A DNA stretch of 64,000 nt from Epithemia pelagica (Eukaryota; Protista; Bacillariophyta), in the NCBI GenBank assembly GCA_946965045.2, contig OX337237.1, positions 2,294,001-2,358,000 of the forward strand, given 5' to 3'. Each line of letters opens with the position of its first letter. Positions within the stretch are counted from its first letter, which is position 1. Below, one piece after another: positions 37,076-47,039 of the stretch. The notes below the pieces were generated by a model. It saw only the letters and a list, made by a program, of their open reading frames with translations. It was not told where the DNA came from and ran no database searches. Position numbers and translations under genes: made by a program.

Positions 37076-37560
37076 ATTCACTTATATATACGACCCGTCC
37101 TGTTGACGACGACACGACAGCACACAAGTCTAGGCTGGAGCCGACATGATCGGCATCGACACATAGGTAATGGAACATAGAACTCAACTGCGCGTACAAC
37201 GACATGAGATCAGTCCACTGCACACGGAGGATAAGGAACTGACTCAAGACCATGTTAGTGGAAAGGACGACGGAAAGGACGAATTAATGCATACTCATGT
37301 AGAGAGTTACAGAAGGACTAACGAACTATAGTCGCAGTGTATTATAACCGGCCATTGACAAGCCACATGATGTTTTCAGAAATTTGTAGCTTGTAATGTT
37401 ATACAGCAGTAGCAGTGCCGTTTGTCCGGTCGAAAAAGTGATGTGTTAAATGCAACAATGACTCAGTTGTAGAGTGCATGAAAAGTTTCGTGCTTGCTGT
37501 ATGAAGCTTTATCAATTTTCACCTCATCTTGTTCCAGTGTTTCTAGTGATGTACTCGTTC

Positions 37561-40500
37561 TTACTTTGGTTGTAGGCGCTTGGCATTCTTGACGCCTTTG
37601 TCCTTACGAGTAACCATGCCAGCATCTTTGCTTCCTCCAAAGTTCTTCTTCTTTGCATTGGTACCACCGGCCTCTGCTTCCGAAATAATGGGTGCCGACT
37701 CAATTCTTTCCACTCCTGTGACATATCGTGCTTCAATCTTTTTCCGCACGTGTTCCGATTTTTCCATATAGAACTTGTAATCGCCTTGATATTTCACCAG
37801 TTGTTTCTCTTCAATGGCCACGATCGACGTTGCCACTTTGGAAATGAAGTATCGATCATGACTGACAACCATGACGGATCCTTGAAAGTGTTGCAATGCT
37901 TCTTCCAGCATTTCACAACTGGATATATCAAGATGGTTCGTTGGTTCGTCCAGAATGAGCAGATTGGCTGGTCTCAGCATCATGCAACACAAAGACAGCC
38001 GTGCCTTTTCTCCGCCACTCAAATATTCCACTTTCTTATCGACGCTATCACCCTTGAACAAGAATTGACCCAACAAAGCACGCAATTCATTGTATGATTG
38101 GCCACTGCTGGCACCTTGAATGGTTTCCAAAACGGTTTTGCTCAAATCGAGTACATCAGCCTGATTCTGTTCAAAGTAATTCATCACAACATTTTGGCCC
38201 ACCAGTTGGGCAGACCCTTCATCAGGAGTTTCACGTGCCGTGATCAATCGAAGCAGCGTACCTTTCCGAACATGGGCAAGAGCGGATAAACAAAACAGAC
38301 TCGTCAGGTCATAGTAATGATCATTTTGCAACAAGCAACAAGAACGACTTACTTTTACCAGCACCCTGTGAAAGGTCGACCAACAAGGCAAGTTAAACAA
38401 AACAAGACAGCAGACTGTTAGCAGGAACACTTCAATTAACCATACAAAGGCAAATGCGATACATACATTTGGTCCAACGACCGCAATGCGATCGCCTTTC
38501 TCGACAAAAAGATCAACATTCTCGAACAGGCGGTTTTGCGTAGTCTCGCTGCGGTAGGAATGAGACATGTGGTCGACAGTAGCAACTTCCGGACTCAACC
38601 GAGGTGCATCGGGAAACCGAAACTTGAAGGGTTTGCCCAAGAAAGGTGGCTTCTTAACGTAGTCATCACTCTTCATCAACTTCTGCAACTTATCTTCTCG
38701 TTGTTTCACAGCTTGTGGCTGTTTGGCACGGAATTTGTTGATCCACTGGCGTTCTTCCTTGATTTTCTTTTCTTGTGCATTGTAAGCTGCATGCCAGGAA
38801 TCCATTCGTGCTTTCTTGAGTTTCAGAAAGCGAGAATAGTTGCCATCATACTCCGTACAGATGCCTCCCTCAGCGTCGACAATCTTCGTACAAACCTGAT
38901 CCAAAAACTCACGATCATGACTGACAATGACCATAGGGATGGCCTGTTGACGCAAGAAGGCTTCCAACCATTCCACACTATCAAGATCCTGTACAATGGT
39001 ATGGACAACAGAATAAAACACGGAGATGAGAAAAGCCAGATGAATAGATTCCTTCGACTAAACAAAAGAACAAAGAAGAGAAAGCTCGATGTCAAATAAT
39101 CGAGGGACGGGCCTTTCGGAGCAAATACGTACCAAATGATTGGTCGGTTCATCCAGCAACAAAATGTTGGGATCTTTCAACAGCACTTTTCCAAGTCCTA
39201 TACGCATTTTCCAGCCACCCGAAAAGCTGGCCACCAAATCATCGGCTTCGTCATCCGTAAATCCCATGAGATCCATAACTTTTTGCACGCGACTTTCCAA
39301 GACATAGACTTCCTTGTTTTCTGCTTCATTTTGCAATTCTTGCATGCGATCCAAAATTTCTTGCATCTTTTCTTGAGCTTCTGCCGATTCATCCATGGTA
39401 TCCATTTGTGCTAAGGCATGTTCGGTATCCTTTAAATCTTGCAAGATCTGATTTTCCTCATCAAAGACGCTCAACATTTCTTCTCGTAGAGTGCGCGTCA
39501 AGACGAGCTCATCGACAAACTCCTGTCGCAACATGGCGACTCGAAGCGATTGGCTCGATTTGACCACATCGCCTACTGTAGGTTCCAACTCTCCAGCCAT
39601 GATGCGTAATTGTGTGGTCTTGCCGGCTCCATTGGCCCCGACCAAACCGATTCGATCGCCTGTTTGGACACCCCAAGTTACTTCATTCAGGACTTGTTGA
39701 TTGCGAAACGTGATACCAATCCCTTCCAGACGCAAACTCGTGTATCCTGGTTGTGTACTTTCCATAACACGAATTCGTGGGGGAGAACGTTCCTTGCGAA
39801 TCTTCTCTTCTAAAGTAGGTTTGCTAGTCGACTCGGCTGGTGCTTCCTCGGCGGCTGCTTCCACAGGTACAGCTGCGATTTCTGGTTCCGTTGCATCCAA
39901 AGGTGACGGCGATTCTCCTTCGCTATCGTCCCCGTCGACTACTGCCTCTTGCTGTTGTTTCTGTTGCATTTTCTCTTCCTTCTTCTTGCGTTTCTTTTCT
40001 TCCTTTTCTTTTTGTTTCTGTTCCTTCTTAATAAGTTCCTTCAATTCTTTTTTGCTTAATTTGGGCTTTTCTTCCTTATAAGGTGATTCTTCCTCACCGC
40101 TATCCAAAGCTTCCAGTGCCAAAGCTTTGGCCAACATTTGTTCTTTCTTGCTCAGTTTCTTGTTGTTGTTCTGATCGCTGCCATTGACATGCTGGTCATT
40201 GTCAGCAGAAGCTTCCATGGCGGCTTCATTTTCCAGAGCTTTGGCCAAAAGATCGTCCTTATTGTCGGCGGTTGCCGACGAAGCTTGCTTCTTTTGCTTC
40301 TTGGCCATTTCTTTGAGTTCTTTTTTACTAAGCTGTGGACTGTTGTCACCGTCGTCCGCAGAATCCATGAATTGTTCTTCCAAAGCCTCGAGAGCCTCCA
40401 AGGATGCCGAAGAGACTTTTTTCTTGGCCTTGGCCATGTACAAAACCATTGTCCGATCTGCTATCTCAGCTTCACTAGCGGCAAACGAGTTTCCATGGAA

Positions 40501-40608
40501 GGCCGGTCTCTGTCCCACCTGTCCCACGGAAAAGCCGTTCACCGAACATGGTGCAATCGTCGCGACAACGACGGCCAAGAGTAGAACCGTCGAACGCCGC
40601 CTAGTCAT
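37561..40608 (-). CDS. ABC-F family ribosome-associated ATPase, plastid-targeted; exons 40608-39133, 38988-38467, 38365-38353 and 38261-37561 (903 aa)
   Basis: Two NBDs: GANGAGKT / FSGGWKMR / LLLDEPTNHL and GPNGAGKST / LSGGEKAR / LILDEPTNHL. No TM domains. Presequence ...SVNG-FSV. Exon lengths sum to 2712. Confidence 0.93.
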
Positions 40609-41160
40609 TATTCTGTTGGTCAGTTGCTAGAGTCTTCCTGACACTCACGACGCGCCTTGTTTGAATTGGCAAATACCCAAATCGAGCGACAGTCACTCGT
40701 GGACCGGTTGTTGTTCGTTCTTCCACCCGCGTTGATGGAACCCAATGAATGGTCCTTGTCGAAAACGTAGGTGATGTTGTAGAACGACGTCCATTCACAA
40801 AAGACACTCCTTCCAATCCAACGTCAACCTCCCCCATCGCGAATCGCGATCGAGAGGCGGGTCGAACTAGGTGCGTGGTCGGAATGAAAACTATCCAGCG
40901 CTCAATTACACAAAATATGGTTACAATTCTAATTACAAAATATCCGTGAACTGCTTGGGAGTTTACCATGTCTGACGAAGAAATTAGCTGAGTTGACACG
41001 ACTGAATGGTCCGGGACTGACGCACGTCCTGTTCCCCAACAACTCTAACGATGTCCAAGAGACGAGAAAAGATGCGAAAGATGCGACCTCTCTAGAGTCA
41101 GTTCATAGGAAAGCCAGTGAAAAGGCTTCGACCAATCGAGAACAAGATAGATCCTCAAGA

Positions 41161-42138
41161 ATGTTGCATAGATTACTTCCAATTCTCGCTGGACTTGTTC
41201 TTTTGGCCGTTCCCACTGCATTTGGATTTGCACCCCACCCTCGTTCACTTTCGGGAGTCAGTTCGACAACGTCGGCATCGACCACTTCATTGGCAGTCGC
41301 CATTGATACATCTGATATCAAGAATGGCCTGACTGTGGAAATCGATGGGGAACCCCACAAGGTAAGACAAGAAACTTCTTCCGATGCAAACACTGTCGTC
41401 GACCGAGTGCGCTCGTCACAATTAATTCCCAGTCGTTACTGATCCAGTCGTTGTCCTCTGTTTGAATCTTCTCTGCCTTCGGTCGTCCTGCCCTTTTGTG
41501 AACCACTCAATGGCATGCATTGCTTCTACCATCGATCTGATAACTGGCTACCCAATATGCGACTGCTAAATGGTGTCTTGTGGTACTGTTATCCATCGAT
41601 TTGCATGATTTGATCGTAATCCTATTTCCCTTTACAGGTGTTGGGTTTTTCGATCATGAAACAAGCCCGAGGTGCAGCCAAGACCACCATCAAATTCAAG
41701 AATTTGATGCGCGGCAACACCATTGAGAACACGTACCGAAGTGGAGAAAAGTTTGAAACGGCACAGATTGACAAATTTGATGCCCAATACACGTACGCCG
41801 AAGGCGAAACTTTTTTCTTTATGAATTCCGAAACGTTTGAAGAAGTGCCTGTGGCCACAAAGACTGTTGGCGACCGGGCCAAATGGTTGTCGGAAGGATC
41901 GTCCGTCACCTTGGTCCAATTCAAGGATTTGATCATTGAAGTCGTGGTACCATCGCCGGCTACCTACGAAGTTGTGGAAACGGAGCCCAATGTCAAGGGA
42001 AACACAGCACAGGGCTACACCAAACCAGCTACCTTGGACTGTGGCGCGGTCATTAATATTCCTGGATTCATTGAGCAGGGGACCAAAATCCGTGTCGATA
42101 CCGAAAAGGGAGAATATCTCGACCGTGTCAATTCGTAA
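41161..42138 (+). CDS. efp: Translation elongation factor P, plastid-targeted; exons 41161-41361 and 41638-42138 (233 aa)
   Basis: Presequence ...PTAFG-FAP; DIKNGLTVEIDGEP, FFFMNSETFEE, VVETEPNVKGNTAQG, KPATLDCG, IRVDTEKGEYLDR. 276-bp GT-AG intron. Confidence 0.95.
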
Positions 42139-42706
42139 ATCAAGGAAAGCACAACGCGTAAACTAGCGAAAACTATCTGGAGATACCTGGACTAATCCTG
42201 ACCAAGCAATCCATCTTCGTTGGTACTGTTTCCAATCATAAGTCAGTTTTTCGATTCATGCGAATGCAGCACTCAAGTAGAGATACTCCTATATCCGTAT
42301 AGCCTTCATTCTCATTCAGATACACCGTAAACCTAATTTCACATGGGAGACATGATAATCGACGGAAATTCATCACCATAAAAGAAGCGTATTGGATTTC
42401 CCATCCCCGCTACTCCTAGCTAGAGAGGAGTATTCCTCTCTACAGCTAGAACTAGAGGAAAAGGAAATATTTGGTAGTTTGGGTAGCTAAGTTGTCATTG
42501 CGAGACAGCTCCAATCCTTCCTCGCAAAACCGTTATTGTACTTATGACAAGACATTCACACGACATCTGCCCCGCGTATGCAGGCTCACTAATGGACTTT
42601 TTCATTGCAGTGCGGCAAGAATCAACAAGCCAACGTTGGGTCAACGATAACAAGGCAACTGTAACCCAAGAAGGGAGAAACCAATCTCCAAGACAGATCA
42701 AACACC

Positions 42707-43162
42707 ATGAAGCTCCGACAAAAGCTTGAAATCCTAATTCTAATTCTTCTGGCCATCTTCTGTGTACGTAATGATCATTTTTCTCTGGGATCGGTCGGTT
42801 TTATAGAGGAATGATTTCAGTCGGGTCTCACCTTCCGTTTTCTCCTTTGGTTTCATTGCAATTGGTGGCGGTTGTGATGGATATTGTTCGATAATTACTA
42901 TCTGTTGAAATTCAGTTTGCTACATACCATGAAGGGTCAACCATGTGGTTGCAATGGCTTGCGTTGCTCAGCATTGTAGCCTTCATGCTTGTATTTGATA
43001 TGTCCTTTACAAACGAGTCCAGCTTTATGTTTGATCCGGATGCCGAGAACTGGCGACGCAAAACGGTATGTTTTTCACGGGAATGGTAGTGGAAAGCTCA
43101 TTAGGCTCTATCCTCATTCTCTGTACTTGCTTTCTTTCTTACAGGAGGCCGCGAATGCCTAA
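42707..43162 (+). CDS. 74-aa two-TM microprotein; exons 42707-42763, 42916-43065 and 43145-43162
   Basis: Two GT-AG phase-0 introns join MKLRQKLEILILILLAIFC|FATYHEGSTMWLQWLALLSIVAFMLVFDMSFTNESSFMFDPDAENWRRKT|EAANA*. Absent from the ORF track. Confidence 0.8.
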
Positions 43163-43312
43163 ACATAAGGCAACGACCAATTCGAACGGAGAAATGTATC
43201 TAAAAGGATGTGATCCATGTACGATCTAGCTCAGTCTGGCGACGAGTTAGCCACTCTACCTTATCATTATTCTATGAAAACCAATAGACGACGAATTATT
43301 ATCAATCCAACA

Positions 43313-44083
43313 TTAAGCTAATTTCGAATCACATCGAAGTTTCACTGTGCGTGGTCCTTGTCTGGCACGTTGATAAGAAGCGAGGTTATTGCTTCCAATG
43401 TTTGAACGTCCATCGTGTGTTCCAACACTCGGTGTTGGTACTGTCCTTTGGCGCTGATGTTGTAGTCTTTGCTGGTGCAACTGTCCGAGGAGCGAGTTGA
43501 CTTGTTGGTAACCATGGTACTCTTGCTGGACATCTGCATGTACATGATGTTGCTTCTGTTGAGACTGCAATGCATGATCAACAGAGACAACGGTGTGTTG
43601 CGGATTCGATATTGTTCCGTTTGGAGCAGTATTGGAATGAAATTCCTCATTTGTCACCGATCGTGCCAGCGCCATTTTGTGTTGCCTTTTGTCATTCTCC
43701 GGACATTGAAAACTGTGAGAACTCATATCCGTGATTGTATGGTGGAGTACAGAAGGATTTGGATGGGTGTCGATATGTGGGGAGACTTTCATCCGTTTCC
43801 ATGCCCGTGAGCAGTCGTCATCGTGATCAGTAGGCAAGTTAGGAAGGTTCTCGTTCGTGCATGTTGAAACGGCGATCAATGGTCGTTTTGTCTGTGATGT
43901 GGCAAGCCATTGCGTATTCAGATGTGCTTCTTCTTGGTGAGGGTGCGCATATTGGTGGTTGTACAAAGACTGGTCTTCCATAGGAGCATGCGAACCATGC
44001 TTCCAAGAAGAAGTTGCCGGAACACCACTGAATGAGGAACCATATTGAGCGCCGCTTCCAGAATCCGACATAGTGGTGCTCAT
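43313..44083 (-). CDS. Uncharacterised low-complexity (His/Gln-rich) protein
   Basis: Open frame of about 256 aa with a basic AWKRMKV motif, YQQVNSLLGQLHQQR helix and C-terminal VKLRCDSKLA. Confidence 0.6.
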   Translation of the reverse strand: MSTTMSDSGSGAQYGSSFSGVPATSSWKHGSHAPMEDQSLYNHQYAHPHQEEAHLNTQWLATSQTKRPLIAVSTCTNENLPNLPTDHDDDCSRAWKRMKVSPHIDTHPNPSVLHHTITDMSSHSFQCPENDKRQHKMALARSVTNEEFHSNTAPNGTISNPQHTVVSVDHALQSQQKQHHVHADVQQEYHGYQQVNSLLGQLHQQRLQHQRQRTVPTPSVGTHDGRSNIGSNNLASYQRARQGPRTVKLRCDSKLA

Positions 44084-44660
44084 GCGGTAATAATGATTAT
44101 GCCGTTGATGTTGTGCCTGATGAGTGGGCATGTTCGATCATATCAACTCAACTTCTTTCTCTTGTTCGTTCTCTTGACATCTCTCAAGTCTAAAGTCTCT
44201 TTCAATTTTCAATCCCAACAAGCTTCGTCGTTTCTCTTGTTGGGTTTTGACGTTCCTAACTCTTCCCAACTTTGTATGATTGCCGCGCATGTCGCCCTCT
44301 TGTCCACAGAGAACGTTTTTTGTAGTACTATGGTCTTGGATGTACGAACTCGTCTTATTGTCCTTCCACGCGTGCCAGACCCCGGAAACGGGAGCACGCT
44401 TCTGGAGTCTGGAGTTGCTATGTGCTATTTCCTACCTCCATAGTCCATATTCCAAAGCGCTCTAAGTAGCTAATCCACCTTACATGATCGGGCAGTTACT
44501 CTCCTCTAGGAGTAGGAGTACTGTGATTTTGATGAAGGTATCATTCAGCAACAGCGAAAATGTGAAGACATTCTATCAGGCTACATTCTATACCATTTTA
44601 GGTATAAAATTGTCGTGGTATTCTGCTCGACGAAGACTTCCCCAAGTCCAACCAAACTAC

Positions 44661-46142
44661 CTAGTCATCATCGTCGCTCTCATCGGACTCGGAAAACACG
44701 GAGAATGGATTTGTGTATACATTGGACGTTTCTTTCTCCCGAAGAAGCCATCGGTGAATACCAAGACGGTTGACAATGACTTTGGCTGCTCTTCGCATCC
44801 CCATGAGATTGGCACCGTCGGGTCCGGCATTGAGACCACCCATTCCACCAACGACAAAGAGGTTGTCGTCCCATTCGAGATCTTCCGAAACCATGGGCAA
44901 TCCACCCACAATGCCCCGAGTCGTTGAAAGGTCTTGTGCAATGTTCCAGTACAGTGAATTCTCTGCCTGACCATCCGCTTTGACACCACAGGCCAAAATG
45001 AGTTTGTCAAAGACCTGCACTTTTCCATTCACAAGAACACTGTGACGACCACAGTCACTTGTCCCTTGGTAGGAGACATCTCCTACAAATCGCTTCAACT
45101 GACCCAGTCGTTCCATTTTTCTTACTTGGTCCATGTACACTTTGGGAACACTCCCTCCTCCTCTTGTTTCCTTCAAGAGCTCAAGTCGCGACTGCACCGG
45201 CTGGTGGTAAAAGTCTGACATACATTTCCCCATACATCGCTTGTCAAACCATTCGATAGGAAGATCGAAATGTCGTTCGACCAACGGTCGACGACTGCAC
45301 AACAGTGTTTGACAATGGCCACGTCGTATACACTTTTGTGCCGATTGAACGGCGGTCAAACCGCCTCCCACCACCAGCACAGATGGACTGTCTCCATGGT
45401 CTGTCCGGTTGGTGGATCTCAGTTTGGTGCTTCCCAGTTGCTGCCAGGGCACTAAGACATGTCGAGCCTCTTTGAGTCCACTGGGAATGACCGCACTGCC
45501 AACAATGCCAGTGGCGAGAATAACCACCTTGGAACTCACAATTCGTCCATCCCCCAGAACAACTTGAAACAGTGAATTGTTGTCTGAGTCCGTTGAAACG
45601 CCATCGTCATCTCCTTCGGGTCCGTTCTCTCGTCGCACGGTCTTGACCCACTCGCAAAAATAATCATGTTTCAGTCGACCAACCAAATGATCGCAAAAAT
45701 CGAGAAAGAGCCTGGTGGATGGAAGTTTCCACATGTCTTGCGGTCGTCCTAAAGAGAGCAAACTTTTAATGTCTCCGCAGCCCGATTCCAGTAGTTCGTG
45801 AGAACGGCCTTGTGCCACAGCAAAGGCCAACAAGGCATTTTCGTCAAACATGTCAGGATGTGCCATGGCCGGCGATCGCAAATGTTCAATGTCCAAGGCA
45901 TGAAAATTTCTTCTCCATTGCTGTAACCATTGTGGCTGTGGATCAATGACGGCTACATGGTGTTGGTTTTTTCTTTGGCTGCTCGTGGTGGTCCGACCTC
46001 GACAGGCTCGTTCAAATTGAGAGGCCGAAAGTTCGTCCAACGAATACGGTTCTTGAAGGGCGGACAAGCAGGTCAAAGCTGCAGGACCAGCTCCCACAAT
46101 GACAACATCGTACAAAAGGGGCTCATTGTGCGGACTCTTCAT
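44661..46142 (-). CDS. FAD/NAD(P)-binding oxidoreductase (lysine N6-hydroxylase-like fold)
   Basis: YDVVIVGAGPAAL, HLRSP, VILATG, VLVVGGGLTAVQ, LFVVG...GP. Confidence 0.85.
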   Translation of the reverse strand: MKSPHNEPLLYDVVIVGAGPAALTCLSALQEPYSLDELSASQFERACRGRTTTSSQRKNQHHVAVIDPQPQWLQQWRRNFHALDIEHLRSPAMAHPDMFDENALLAFAVAQGRSHELLESGCGDIKSLLSLGRPQDMWKLPSTRLFLDFCDHLVGRLKHDYFCEWVKTVRRENGPEGDDDGVSTDSDNNSLFQVVLGDGRIVSSKVVILATGIVGSAVIPSGLKEARHVLVPWQQLGSTKLRSTNRTDHGDSPSVLVVGGGLTAVQSAQKCIRRGHCQTLLCSRRPLVERHFDLPIEWFDKRCMGKCMSDFYHQPVQSRLELLKETRGGGSVPKVYMDQVRKMERLGQLKRFVGDVSYQGTSDCGRHSVLVNGKVQVFDKLILACGVKADGQAENSLYWNIAQDLSTTRGIVGGLPMVSEDLEWDDNLFVVGGMGGLNAGPDGANLMGMRRAAKVIVNRLGIHRWLLREKETSNVYTNPFSVFSESDESDDDD

Positions 46143-46439
46143 AGTGTTCGACTACGCAAGGGTCATTCGTTGGGGCCTGTTGATTTGTTTTATCTTGCGG
46201 CTTGATTGGCACTAATGATCTTTGGTTGCAGCGTGCGTGTTCCTCGAATGGATACGGATAAGGATACGGTGGGGCAGCCACTTCAGAGAGGCCTTTCACT
46301 GTCAACACAAATAGCAGAGAAAAAGGCTCATTCTCTTCCGCTCCGCCCCCCCCCCCCCCCGTTCGGAGTCAGTCCCGTTCCCGTTGCGAGTCCTTTCTAA
46401 TCAGGTCCGAGTTCGAGTCCCATCGCATTGCCACGAAAA

Positions 46440-46523
46440 GAATGTCATTGTCAATTGTCACCAAAAGACGTGTTGACTGTTGAACGAATGTCATTGTCAA
46501 TTGTCACCAAAAGACGTGTTGAC
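46440..46523. repeat. 38-bp direct repeat x2 in the divergent intergenic region
   Basis: GAATGTCATTGTCAATTGTCACCAAAAGACGTGTTGAC at 46440-46477 and 46486-46523. Confidence 0.9.
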
Positions 46524-46542
46524 CGTAACAAGTAACAACACG

Positions 46543-46619
46543 ATGCTGGGTCTTCCAGGAAAACATGGTGTGAATCCGCTTTCTAAGGAACGATTTGCCG
46601 CATCCAAATCAAGAGTTCC
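46543..46619 (+). pseudogene. 5' fragment (25 codons) of the glycosyltransferase gene interrupted by the copia element
   Basis: ATG 46543, MLGLPGKHGVNPLSKERFAASKSRV(P). Joins in frame to 55654 after removing the element and one TSD copy. Confidence 0.85.
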
Positions 46620-46998
46620 AGTCAAAGTACACAGGATACTCTGTAGTAGCTAGGGGTAGTACCTATATTGGCGTGGAGGTGATCAAGTCTCCACGACAAT
46701 ACACTAGAGAAGTTGTTTCACAACTTTCTGTTTGTTGATACTATAAGCTCTAGGTTTAGGAACTACATTCGATTCCTCATTTGATTCCTCACGAGGAATC
46801 AATTCCTCATTTACTCATGGAGGTTAGTTTGGAACCATTGATGCCAATGGCTAGAGCTTGGTTACTATGCGACGGGCAATGCCTTCTCTGGTAGTAAGGC
46901 ATTGCTCTTGGATACATAGTGGGGACACGATTCTATGTCTCACAGATTCGAATCGTGACTGCCATATCGCCTGTCCGTCACACTGATTAACCGCGACT
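46620..46998 (-). repeat. Copia 3' LTR
   Basis: AGTCAAAGTAC...AACCGCGACT; no difference from 55270-55648 found on manual comparison. Confidence 0.97.
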
Positions 46999-47008
46999 CT
47001 CCCTCTTG
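46999..47008 (-). other. Copia polypurine tract
   Basis: Minus strand CAAGAGGGAG abuts the 3' LTR start AGTC. Confidence 0.85.
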
Positions 47009-47039
47009 ACAAGGGCGATATCTTTTCAAACACAGTCAA

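Noticed and set aside
40993-41160. ORF-track N-terminal extension of EF-P from a TTG start
   Set aside because: ATG 41161 begins a clear signal peptide. Eukaryotic initiation at the upstream TTG is unsupported.
41362-41637. Intronic snoRNA in the long EF-P intron
   Set aside because: No canonical C box (RTGATGA) and D box pair with a terminal stem, and no H/ACA layout.
46395-46435. GTTCGAGTCC resembling a tRNA T-loop or B-box
   Set aside because: The flanks do not form a T-stem, and no acceptor, D or anticodon arms can be built.
46440-46523. 38-bp direct repeats as a CRISPR-like array
   Set aside because: Only two copies with an 8-bp gap, in a eukaryotic context with no cas genes.
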